From Acaryochloris thomasi RCC1774 (GTDB taxonomy: Bacteria; Cyanobacteriota; Cyanobacteriia; Thermosynechococcales; Thermosynechococcaceae): a DNA stretch of 32,000 bases. This document shows, piece after piece, positions 18,051 through 26,398 of the stretch. Every line of letters begins with the position of its first letter. Position 1 is the stretch's first letter. The stretch is from assembly GCF_003231495.1 (NCBI RefSeq), contig NZ_PQWO01000014.1:60001-92000 (forward strand), read 5' to 3'. Made by a program: the position numbers and the translations under genes. The notes below the pieces were generated by a model. The model made no database searches. It worked only from the letters and a program-made list of their open reading frames with translations, and was not told the origin of the DNA.

Positions 18051-20642
18051 TTATCCGGCTGCAGCCCACTGCCACGCAGGCAACTCACGCTGCCTGAGAG
18101 TCAGCCCTTCAGCGTAAATCTGGTCGATCGCAACCATTGCCCCGCCCTCAACCATGAACCGATGATCTCGCGTTGCTCGAATTACAGAGCCATTCTCAAG
18201 CTGGTACTCAAACAGTTCCTGATGGCCGCGATGATGCCACTGGGCAATCGGCTGCGTATAGATACGACCGCTGGCGTCCTGAGAGAACACATGGCAATCG
18301 ATCTGTTTCTGCACAATTTCTTTTAACGATAGATAGCCATATTCCTCAGTGAGGACGGGGGTATCGCCGCTGAGACAGTATTCAGCAAACAGCACCATCT
18401 GCTCAAATAGTGCTTCGGAGACCTTCTTATCAACGCCTTTCTCCGCCGCTCCTTCAATGAAGATCTCGCGGTGCTTCTCCATTTCTTTGATCTTCTTTTT
18501 GCCCATCGCCCGCCGCAGCAGGTCTGCCTGACCGAGGGAATAGCCCGCCATATCTTGAGCAATCTTCATGATTTGCTCCTGGTAGACCATAATCCCGTAG
18601 GTCTCAGTCAAAATCGGCTTCACCAGCTCGTGGGGATAGTCGATCTGCTCACGGCCATGTTTGCGGTTAATGAACTTGGGAATCAGGCCCGCATCCAACG
18701 GTCCCGGTCGATAGAGCGCCAAAATCGAGGAGATATCTTCGAGGTTTGAGGGCTTCAGATCCTTCACAACCTGTCGCATTCCCGACGACTCTAGCTGGAA
18801 AATACCCTCCAGTTCGCCCTTCGCCAATAGGCCAAAGGCTCCGGGATCATCCATTGGTAGCTTATCAACGTCTAGCGCTAACTCTCGATTCTGCAGCAGT
18901 AGCTCTGTGGTCTTCTGAATCATGGTTAGGTTCTTGAGGCCCAAAAAGTCCATTTTTAGGAGGCCCAAAGACTCTAGATCTTCCATGTAGTATTGGGTGA
19001 TCACCGCACCGTCGTTGTTTTTCTGCAGCGGCACGATCTGATCCAAAGGTTCAGCGGCAATCACAACCCCAGCCGCATGGACGCCGAAGGTTTTGTTCGT
19101 ACCCTCGATCCGAATCGCCATATCCAGCCACTTGCGGGCAACGGGATCCTTCTCATATCGCTCTTTAAATTCGGGTGCTGGGGTTTCATCAGAGATCATT
19201 ACCTTGAGCTTGGCCGGTTTACCTCGCGACACTGGAATCATCTTCGCCATTTTGTCGGCATCGCCGTAGGGAACGTCAAGAACTCGCGCGACATCCTTAA
19301 GGACAGCCTTGGAAGTCATGCGGTTAAAGGTAATAATCTGGGCGACCCGATCTTCGCCGTACTTATCGGTGACGTATTCAATCATCTGATCCCGCTTCTG
19401 AATGCAGAAGTCGGTATCAATATCAGGCATCGACTTCCGTTCAGGATTCAGGAAGCGCTCAAACAGAAGGCCGTGGTGAACGGGGTCAATATTGGTGATG
19501 CCTTGGCAGTAGGCAACAAGGGATCCGGCTGCACTGCCTCGCCCTGGCCCGACGGGGATGTTGTTATCGCGGGCGTATTTAATATAGTCCCAGACAATTA
19601 AAAAGTAGGTGGCAAATCCCATCTCCTTGAGCATCTCTAGCTCATAGATCAGGCGCTCTCGATAGACCTCAGGGACTTCCTCTCGACTCTCTAGTTCCAG
19701 ACGATCTAGGAGGCCATCCCAGGTGACCTTCTCCATATAGGTGTCTGCAGTGTAGCCTTCCGGAACTTCAAAGGCGGGACTTTGGGGACTGCGGAAGACA
19801 TCGTATTCTTCGATCTTGTCGGCAACCTCTAGGGTGGTTGCGATCGCATCTTCCACAACATCTGCTGTCAAATGGTCCCGAAACAATAGCCGCATCTCAT
19901 CAGCGGACTTCATATACTCCGTACCGCTATACCGGAGGCGCTTGTCTTCAGTCACTGACTTACCGGTCTGAATGCAGAGCAATGCGTCGTGGGCCTCTAC
20001 ATCGTGGCAAGAAATATAGTGGGAATCATTGGTCGCCACAATCTTGATGTCTAGCTCACGGGCAATGCGAACAATCTCCACATTCACCATCCGGTCCTCT
20101 TGAGACCCGTGATCTTGAATCTCTAGATAATAGTCATCACCGAATAGATCTTTGTACCATGTGGCCACCCGCCGTGCGATCTCTGGTTTCCCTTGCATAA
20201 TCGCTTGCGGAACTTCGCCACCCAAGCAGGCGCTGGTGACGATCAGACCTTCGTGATACTGCTCCAGCAGATCCTTATTTATACAAGGACGCGAAAAGAT
20301 GCCTTTACCTTGTACACCTTTGAGATTTGACAGCGTGGTCAGCTTCACAAGGTTGCGATAGCCCTGGGTGTTTTTCGCTAAAACCACCTGGTGGTAGCGG
20401 GGACGGCGCTCTTGTTTTTCGATGTCGCCATTAATGACGTACATTTCGTTGCCGATGATCGGCTTGATGTCTTTGCCCTTACAGGTCTTGATCAGGTTGA
20501 TTGCCCCGTACATGACGCCGTGATCGGTGAGTGCGATCGCAGGCATCCCCAACTCAACCGCCTGCGCCACTAAAGCCGGGAGCTGACTCGCCCCATCCAA
20601 CATGCTGTAGTCGCTGTGAACATGGAGACCCACAAAGGACAT
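18051..20642 (-). CDS. dnaE: DNA polymerase III alpha subunit, N-terminal split fragment (DnaE-N) fused to the N-terminal half of a split intein
   Basis: PHP domain start [18 protein letters not shown] and polymerase core [23 protein letters not shown]. The extein ends at ...VLFAEY and is followed by [10 protein letters not shown]...; the ORF then stops, so the finger/beta-binding and OB regions are missing, as in cyanobacterial split dnaE. Confidence 0.93.
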   Translation of the reverse strand: MSFVGLHVHSDYSMLDGASQLPALVAQAVELGMPAIALTDHGVMYGAINLIKTCKGKDIKPIIGNEMYVINGDIEKQERRPRYHQVVLAKNTQGYRNLVKLTTLSNLKGVQGKGIFSRPCINKDLLEQYHEGLIVTSACLGGEVPQAIMQGKPEIARRVATWYKDLFGDDYYLEIQDHGSQEDRMVNVEIVRIARELDIKIVATNDSHYISCHDVEAHDALLCIQTGKSVTEDKRLRYSGTEYMKSADEMRLLFRDHLTADVVEDAIATTLEVADKIEEYDVFRSPQSPAFEVPEGYTADTYMEKVTWDGLLDRLELESREEVPEVYRERLIYELEMLKEMGFATYFLIVWDYIKYARDNNIPVGPGRGSAAGSLVAYCQGITNIDPVHHGLLFERFLNPERKSMPDIDTDFCIQKRDQMIEYVTDKYGEDRVAQIITFNRMTSKAVLKDVARVLDVPYGDADKMAKMIPVSRGKPAKLKVMISDETPAPEFKERYEKDPVARKWLDMAIRIEGTNKTFGVHAAGVVIAAEPLDQIVPLQKNNDGAVITQYYMEDLESLGLLKMDFLGLKNLTMIQKTTELLLQNRELALDVDKLPMDDPGAFGLLAKGELEGIFQLESSGMRQVVKDLKPSNLEDISSILALYRPGPLDAGLIPKFINRKHGREQIDYPHELVKPILTETYGIMVYQEQIMKIAQDMAGYSLGQADLLRRAMGKKKIKEMEKHREIFIEGAAEKGVDKKVSEALFEQMVLFAEYCLSGDTPVLTEEYGYLSLKEIVQKQIDCHVFSQDASGRIYTQPIAQWHHRGHQELFEYQLENGSVIRATRDHRFMVEGGAMVAIDQIYAEGLTLRQRELPAWQWAAAG
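18054..18377 (-). other. DnaE split intein, N-terminal half (IntN, 108 aa)
   Basis: [76 protein letters not shown]... is collinear with the Ssp/Npu DnaE IntN sequences (CLS..TEILT...YTQP.AQWH.RG.QEVFEY.LEDGS.IRATKDHKFM). The Cys1 codon is at 18375-18377. Confidence 0.9.
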
Positions 20643-20755
20643 AAGTATTGCTCAGAAACTTGACCCTAGAGTAGCCGATCTCGCTAGCGACATCTATTTC
20701 ACCTTTGTAAACTTATGTAAGGCGAAGTTTCGGTCCAGGCTGCTTGATTGTCGCA

Positions 20756-20782
20756 GACCTGCATCAAACGCTGATGCAGGTC
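20756..20782. other. Perfect 11-bp-stem hairpin in the dnaE-sigA intergenic region
   Basis: GACCTGCATCA (20756-20766) pairs with TGATGCAGGTC (20772-20782) across the loop AACGC. On the + strand it is followed by a T-rich but interrupted stretch (CCTTTGACATTTTCTATTATTCTTT). Confidence 0.4.
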
Positions 20783-20823
20783 CCTTTGACATTTTCTATT
20801 ATTCTTTGAACTCCACGTATTGA

Positions 20824-20868
20824 CGCTATCTGTAGTGCCTCAAGAGGTTTAAGGCTCTATAGATAGCG
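20824..20868. other. 12-bp imperfect inverted repeat in the dnaE-sigA intergenic region
   Basis: CGCTATCTGTAG (20824-20835) pairs with CTATAGATAGCG (20857-20868). There is one G-T (G-U in RNA) position and a 21-nt loop. Confidence 0.3.
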
Positions 20869-21219
20869 CGAATAGTAGCTTTGCGCTGCGTTTAGGTTGA
20901 TATTGAAGCTGCTGGAGAATGAGACGTGAGCTATATTATTTCGGCAGGGAATAAGCCATAATGCGAAGGAAGTAATTCTCAATGCGGACAACTTTGGTCA
21001 GAAAAGTTACAATCGTGAGGGTCTAGGGAAACGAGGTTTCTAAGAGCACTTGAAGCAGGTTCCTGAGGCTTATATTTCAGCCATTGTGCTGAGGGGTTTG
21101 ACTGTCGTTGAGCCTAATGTTAGTCACGTTCCCAGACTTTAGATATTTCAATTTACTGTAGATATATAGACGCACAACCTTTTCCAACTTTGTGCACTTA
21201 AGGAGATGAGGAATCCGGC

Positions 21220-22362
21220 ATGACCCAAGCCAAGAATGTACTAGAGGCCATCAAGGAACCCGTGAGTGACCTAGAGAAGTTGCTGGGCGGTGCCGCAGAT
21301 AGTGACTCCAGCAAGAGCGAGAAAGCTGCAGTTGCCAAAGAGGCCAAGGCGACTAAGGCAACTAAGACGACTAAGGCCCGTGTTGCTAAGCGTCGAGGTC
21401 CTGCGAAGAAGAAGCACTACACCGAGGACTCTATTCGCCTCTACCTACAGGAAATTGGCAGAATTCGGCTATTGCGCGCCGACGAAGAAATTGAGCTTGC
21501 CCGCAAGATTGCTGATCTTTTAGAGCTTGAGCGTGTCTTCGATCGGTTGACCGATGAGCTAGACCGTGAACCCTACATGCAAGAGTGGGCAGATGATGTA
21601 GAAATGGCGCTGCCTGCCTTCCGCCATCGCCTCCATTTAGGTCGCCGCGCCAAGGATAAGATGGTGCAGTCTAATCTGCGACTGGTGGTTTCAATTGCCA
21701 AAAAGTATATGAACCGGGGACTCTCGTTCCAGGATCTGATTCAAGAAGGGAGCCTGGGCCTGATTCGCGCTGCCGAAAAGTTTGACCACGAAAAAGGCTA
21801 TAAGTTCTCCACCTACGCTACTTGGTGGATTCGACAGGCCATTACCCGTGCGATCGCAGATCAGTCCCGTACGATTCGCCTCCCGGTTCACCTTTACGAA
21901 ACAATTTCTCGGATCAAGAAGACTACTAAGCTTCTCTCACAAGAAATGGGTCGCAAACCTACCGAAGAAGAAATTGCGACTCGCATGGAAATGACGATTG
22001 AGAAGCTGCGCTTTATTGCCAAGTCAGCTCAGCTCCCCATATCTTTAGAGACCCCCATCGGTAAGGAAGAAGATTCCCGATTGGGGGATTTTATTGAGTC
22101 CGACGGTGAGACTCCTGAAGATCAGGTCTCAAAGAATTTACTCCGCGAAGATCTCGAAACGGTTTTAGATACCCTTAGCCCCCGAGAGCGCGACGTTCTG
22201 AAGCTTCGTTATGGCCTAGATGATGGTCGCATGAAGACCCTCGAAGAAATCGGCCAAATTTTTAACGTGACTCGTGAGCGCATCCGCCAGATTGAGGCCA
22301 AGGCGCTACGCAAGCTGCGTCATCCCAATCGCAACAGCGTTCTGAAAGAATATATCCGCTAA
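21220..22362 (+). CDS. sigA: Principal (group 1) RNA polymerase sigma factor
   Basis: Regions 1.2-4.2 are all recognisable: [85 protein letters not shown], and [35 protein letters not shown] lies upstream of the ATG. Confidence 0.95.
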   Translation: MTQAKNVLEAIKEPVSDLEKLLGGAADSDSSKSEKAAVAKEAKATKATKTTKARVAKRRGPAKKKHYTEDSIRLYLQEIGRIRLLRADEEIELARKIADLLELERVFDRLTDELDREPYMQEWADDVEMALPAFRHRLHLGRRAKDKMVQSNLRLVVSIAKKYMNRGLSFQDLIQEGSLGLIRAAEKFDHEKGYKFSTYATWWIRQAITRAIADQSRTIRLPVHLYETISRIKKTTKLLSQEMGRKPTEEEIATRMEMTIEKLRFIAKSAQLPISLETPIGKEEDSRLGDFIESDGETPEDQVSKNLLREDLETVLDTLSPRERDVLKLRYGLDDGRMKTLEEIGQIFNVTRERIRQIEAKALRKLRHPNRNSVLKEYIR

Positions 22363-22389
22363 ATCTGCTCTCTTAACCTTCATGTATGG

Positions 22390-22417
22390 CAGGCTCTCAT
22401 TTGAGAGCCTGTTTTTC
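22390..22417 (+). terminator. Rho-independent terminator of sigA
   Basis: CAGGCTCTC (22390-22398) pairs with GAGAGCCTG (22403-22411) across the loop ATTT, followed by TTTTT. It starts 28 nt after the sigA stop. Confidence 0.8.
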
Positions 22418-22445
22418 GTTGGACCCCGCAGCACTCGATCCTATC

Positions 22446-24104
22446 TTAGGTATGAGCAGATGCTAGAGCATAGTCAGGTTGGTGTTGTGTCTCGATGTAA
22501 GTCCGGTAAGCTTTTTCCTGGCGATCGCATTCCCCCTGGCTCCAGCCGCAGTGCTTGCTCAGGGTCTCTGTAATTGCAGGGAGTGCGTCAAAGCCATAGT
22601 TTCCCTGCATGGCAATCAGCATTCGACGACAGCAAATATCCACCAAAGTGTGGGCCAGCTCTGTCTCGACGGCATAGACCACTTGGGCCTTGATATCTAA
22701 AAGACCGGGGACAATAGACTCTGCCAAATCGGTCGATTTCTCCGTCAACGCCAGCACCTCTAACGCCTTTGAACCATAGAGACTAAACAAATGGTCAATG
22801 ACCGTTAAAGAGAGCTGAGACTTGTACTGGGCCACAGCATTTGCCCGAGCGATATCCGTTTGATCTAATGCTCCTGGCAGCGGCTTCTTTCGCGTATGAC
22901 AAGGGGGAACCGGGCGACCCAGCTTGCGATAGGCCGCGTCAACATACTCTTCACCCACCTGGCGATAGGTTGTCCACTTACCGCCAACGAGCGAAATCAG
23001 GTTAGCAATGCCTTCGGGTGCATGGTCATGAAGAATATGCTTACGGGTAATGCTGCTCGGTGTCTGAGCATCTGTGTATGGCAATGGGCGAACGCCGGAA
23101 TAAGTGTAGAGAACATCCGTCAGCGTTAGATTGGCGGTGGGGATTGTTCGATTGGTTTCTTCGATCAGGTATTCAATTTCTTGGTTGTCAGCCTTCACGT
23201 GATTTAAATCGCCGCTGTAGGGCAGATCAGTGGTGCCGATTAAGTACCGGTCCAGCCACGGAATAATAAAGAACGGACGGTTATCGCTCGCGGCCTCCAC
23301 GTAAAACGCCGTATCTGGTGCGCCAGGAAACTTCGGCACAATAATATGGCTCCCCTTCGTGCCGCCCATGAGTGGCTTTTCCCGGATTGGATGTTCACCC
23401 GACTGCAGAACCTCGTCAACCCACGGACCGGTGGTGTTGGCAACTACGGTTTGCTGGCCTGCCGAGAGCGTAAATGCCTCGCCAGTGAGCTGATCTTTGC
23501 AGGTAATTGTCGAGAGATGGTTTTGCGATTTCTCCAATCCCATTACCTGTACATAATTAAGCACCGTGGCCCCGGCAGCCTGGGCCGAAAGAATATTCTC
23601 CAGACACAGCCGCTCTGCGTAGACGACCTGAGCATCATAGTATTGAGCCGCTCCCTTCAATTCCTTTGGGTTCAAAGAACGAAAAAGCTGCCGTACCTGT
23701 CCCAAAGACAGCATGCGATGGTTCGGGACCGTTTTGTCATAGCTGAGCAGATCATAAAGAATCATGCCCACCTGAATCAGGCGGTAGGGCCGTGCCCCAT
23801 CCGCATAAATAGGAATGCTCAACTGCAGCGGTCGCACCAAATGGGGAGCCGTATGCAGCAACACCTCTCGCTCCCGCAACGATTCCCGCACCAGATTGAA
23901 CTCGAAGTATTCTAGATAGCGTAGCCCACCGTGGATCAGACGAGAAGGGCAGCTTGTGGTGCCGCCCGCAAAATCACCCTTCTCAATCAAGATCGTCTTG
24001 AGTCCCCGGAGTGCGGCGTCTCGGGCAATACCGGCCCCATTAATCCCTCCCCCAATCACAATCAGATCATAGGAGGTGTTCTGAATCTCTTGGAAGCTAC
24101 GCAT
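22446..24104 (-). CDS. glpD: FAD-dependent glycerol-3-phosphate dehydrogenase
   Basis: YDLIVIGGGINGAGIARDAALRGLKTILIEKGDFAGGTTSCPSRLIHGGLRYLE is the GlpD N-terminal FAD motif. At 552 aa it includes the C-terminal GlpD-specific domain. Confidence 0.9.
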   Translation of the reverse strand: MRSFQEIQNTSYDLIVIGGGINGAGIARDAALRGLKTILIEKGDFAGGTTSCPSRLIHGGLRYLEYFEFNLVRESLREREVLLHTAPHLVRPLQLSIPIYADGARPYRLIQVGMILYDLLSYDKTVPNHRMLSLGQVRQLFRSLNPKELKGAAQYYDAQVVYAERLCLENILSAQAAGATVLNYVQVMGLEKSQNHLSTITCKDQLTGEAFTLSAGQQTVVANTTGPWVDEVLQSGEHPIREKPLMGGTKGSHIIVPKFPGAPDTAFYVEAASDNRPFFIIPWLDRYLIGTTDLPYSGDLNHVKADNQEIEYLIEETNRTIPTANLTLTDVLYTYSGVRPLPYTDAQTPSSITRKHILHDHAPEGIANLISLVGGKWTTYRQVGEEYVDAAYRKLGRPVPPCHTRKKPLPGALDQTDIARANAVAQYKSQLSLTVIDHLFSLYGSKALEVLALTEKSTDLAESIVPGLLDIKAQVVYAVETELAHTLVDICCRRMLIAMQGNYGFDALPAITETLSKHCGWSQGECDRQEKAYRTYIETQHQPDYALASAHT

Positions 24105-24330
24105 AGATTAATTTGAGTAGAGCGACAATGCCATTGGCAGGATGCTTGAAAATTCTAACGAAATCTTGGCCTGCACTCCCATTGCTCAAAAATAGGACGG
24201 CGATAATACGCAAAGTCCCTAATAACCAAGGATTTAGATAACCTTGAAAACGCTAGTCGGTCAAAACCCGGCAGCGGCAAAATTTTCTCTGATCAATAGA
24301 GGACAGCAGAACGGCCCAATAAGCAGAAGA

Positions 24331-25815
24331 TTATTTCTTTGCGGATGGAATCTCCTTGTACAAGTTGATTAAATGATCAGCCCAGTACTGTACATCGTAG
24401 TGAGTGACAGTTTTATACATCTTTGCCATTCGCTTCTTCTGCTCCGCCTCTGGCATCACCAGCGCTTGGTCGATGGACTCATCCATTCGATCGAGGGAAT
24501 AGGGATTCGTCAGAACAGCCTCCGGTAGCTCCACCGCTGCTCCCACAAATTCTGAGAGGATCAGGACGCCCCCCTCACCTTTGTGAGCAACTACGTATTC
24601 CTTTGCGACTAGATTCAGACCATCTCGCAGGGGTGTCGTCCAGCAAATATCGGCCAGACGGTAATAGCACAGCAGATCTCGAAAGGGGACCGGCTCCGTA
24701 AACAGTAAAATCGGAGTCCAGTCAAGTCGTGCAAATCGACCATTAATCTTGCCCACTAGCTGTTCAATCTGGCTTTGGGTGACCTTATAGACCTTCATCC
24801 CGGCGGCAGCTTTCACGCAGGTCACCACCAGTTGCACCTTGCCATGCTGGTCAGGCTGGCGCTCTAACAACCGTTCGTAGGCTTCCAGTAGCTCCCGGTT
24901 GCCCTTTACATAATCCACCCGTCCGGCGGCGATGATCAGCTTGCGGCCCTGTAGCTCTTCGCGCATTTCTTCAAAGCGCGTTTGGGCTTCGGGTTGGTCT
25001 AACAGTGACTGGATGTGCTTTGGATTGGTCCCTACTGGACAAGGGTCAACCTGAACCAACTGTCCCTTATATTTCAGCTTGCTTGTCACCTCTGGCTCCG
25101 CTAGCGCAATGCCCACGGGGGTTAGATTCTCCGCGGCAGGAACGGTCTCTACTACCTCAACTTCAAATAGACTGCGGGCGACGTTGACAAAATTCTCTGA
25201 GTAGCGCGGGATATGGAAGCCCACCACGTCACAGCAAAGTAAGCTGCCAATAATCTCTTCCCGCCAAGGCAGAATATTGAAGATATCAACGGAGGGGAAA
25301 GGGGTGTGATGGAAGAAGGCAATCCGAGCATTGGGCTTTAGCTCCCGGATGTATTGAGGAGCCATCCATAGGTTATAGTCATGGACCCAAATCAGCGCAT
25401 CATCAGCAGCTTCTCGGCAGGCGGCCTCTGCAAAGAGGCGATTGACGTTCTTGAAGTTTTCCCAGTCGGATGTGGCGTAGGTAAAGTGACCGGGGAAGGA
25501 GTGCAGAATCGGCCAGAAAGCTTCTTTAGAGGTGATGTGATAGAACTGCTTGACCTGTTCGGCGGTGAGGGGAACCCGACAAACGGCGTAATTGCCTTCA
25601 CCCTCGACGGTGACTTTCTCTTCAAATTTCTTCTTTTGCTTGGCATTGACCTGCTTCCAGGCAACCCAAGTTCCTTGCTCAACGCCCGCAAAGAAGCTTT
25701 TAAGCGTGGGTAAAATTCCGTTTGGGCTTTTCTGGGGACGGTAGTAGATTTTTCCATTCTCAACCACCTCATCGTAGGGTTCTCGGTGATAGAGAATAAC
25801 AAGGGATGATTTCAT
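24331..25815 (-). CDS. ggpS: Glucosylglycerol-phosphate synthase (GT20, OtsA-like)
   Basis: MKSSLVILYHREPYDE, PNGILPTLKSFF, TWVAWKQV, RVPLTAEQVKQFYHITSKEAFWPILHSFP, FHHTPFPSVDIFNILPWRE and PLRDGLNLVAKEYVV closely match my recollection of Synechocystis GgpS. The start was set at the ATG with AGGAGG 7 nt upstream. The track start at 25869 is a TTG inside the leader. Confidence 0.9.
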   Translation of the reverse strand: MKSSLVILYHREPYDEVVENGKIYYRPQKSPNGILPTLKSFFAGVEQGTWVAWKQVNAKQKKKFEEKVTVEGEGNYAVCRVPLTAEQVKQFYHITSKEAFWPILHSFPGHFTYATSDWENFKNVNRLFAEAACREAADDALIWVHDYNLWMAPQYIRELKPNARIAFFHHTPFPSVDIFNILPWREEIIGSLLCCDVVGFHIPRYSENFVNVARSLFEVEVVETVPAAENLTPVGIALAEPEVTSKLKYKGQLVQVDPCPVGTNPKHIQSLLDQPEAQTRFEEMREELQGRKLIIAAGRVDYVKGNRELLEAYERLLERQPDQHGKVQLVVTCVKAAAGMKVYKVTQSQIEQLVGKINGRFARLDWTPILLFTEPVPFRDLLCYYRLADICWTTPLRDGLNLVAKEYVVAHKGEGGVLILSEFVGAAVELPEAVLTNPYSLDRMDESIDQALVMPEAEQKKRMAKMYKTVTHYDVQYWADHLINLYKEIPSAKK

Positions 25816-25822
25816 GGCACTA

Positions 25823-25862
25823 CCTCCTGATGATTGGCAGATGACTTGGAGGCTTAACCTCC
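25823..25862 (-). promoter_or_regulatory. ggpS leader: decoy SD / anti-SD / genuine SD arrangement
   Basis: mRNA sense: CUCAGGAGGUUAAGCCUCCAAGUCAUCUGCCAAUCAUCAGGAGGUAGUGCCAUG. GGAGG (25858-25862) can pair with CCUCC (25848-25852) across the loop UUAAG. The same CCUCC is complementary to the real SD GGAGG (25823-25827). The 9-mer UCAGGAGGU occurs twice. Confidence 0.3.
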
Positions 25863-26208
25863 TGAGCAAACGAAGGGTGACCTATTGCCCTCAAGCGTCA
25901 TCATGAACACACAACAATCCCATGCCTGTAACCAAAAGTTCCCAAGCATGGAAGCAAAATCTATGAATTGTAGCTCTTAACGCACCTTAACACAGGTTGG
26001 CTGTGGCACTTCCTATCCTTAATCTGATGTGAATATAAGGCTTTAAGGTGGCGTCTTATATAGCATCAAGCTCGCCTAGGTCAGTCTGCTAGAGGAGCAA
26101 AATGGCGTATCAAGTGTATAGGTCTTGCCTGTGCTCTTTATCCAATTTATGGTTGCGTCGAGCGGTGTACATAGTAGGTAGAACCTTTAGTCTATTTGCG
26201 TATAGAAC

Positions 26209-26230
26209 TTTTGTTCTATACAAGGTAGAG
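26209..26230. promoter_or_regulatory. Perfect palindrome, candidate operator, in the ggpS-gghA divergent region
   Basis: GTATAGAAC-TTTT-GTTCTATAC has 9-bp perfect arms and ends 168 nt upstream of the gghA-like ATG. Confidence 0.35.
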
Positions 26231-26398
26231 GCCAGTCGTTGTGTGCAGTGCTTGAGTGTCCTTTTAATGGCTTATTCGCGATGTGAGTCTCCTTGTTAGG
26301 GGTTTGTTTCATTCAGAGTCCAACAGTTCAGAACCTAATCGCTTTTTAATGTCATAATCAACGTTGCGATTGTCATACCCTTGTTGACTACTTAAGTA

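Noticed and set aside
22390-22417. The sigA terminator hairpin, considered as a bidirectional terminator that also serves the convergent glpD.
   Set aside because: On the minus strand the hairpin is followed by CCATACATG, not a U-tract. It may still pause transcription, but it is not a canonical intrinsic terminator in that direction.
25816-25869. N-terminal extension of ggpS from a TTG at 25869 (18 extra residues). Similar long-start alternatives exist for ilvE (15277), the TrmB-like gene (15221), the kinase (16192), the DUF6151 gene (3602) and the GNAT gene (29021).
   Set aside because: Downstream ATGs coincide with family-typical N-termini and have better SD sequences. For ilvE and the TrmB-like gene, the shorter starts also remove a divergent-gene overlap.
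26102-26299. 65-aa + strand ORF in the ggpS-gghA intergenic region, considered as a possible GgpR-like small regulator.
   Set aside because: The translation is Cys/Leu/Arg-rich with no helix-turn-helix-like segment and no SD. As I recall, the known ggpR lies on the ggpS strand, and no ORF of 60 aa or more exists on that strand here. The ORF also spans the 26209-26230 palindrome, which is more simply explained as non-coding.
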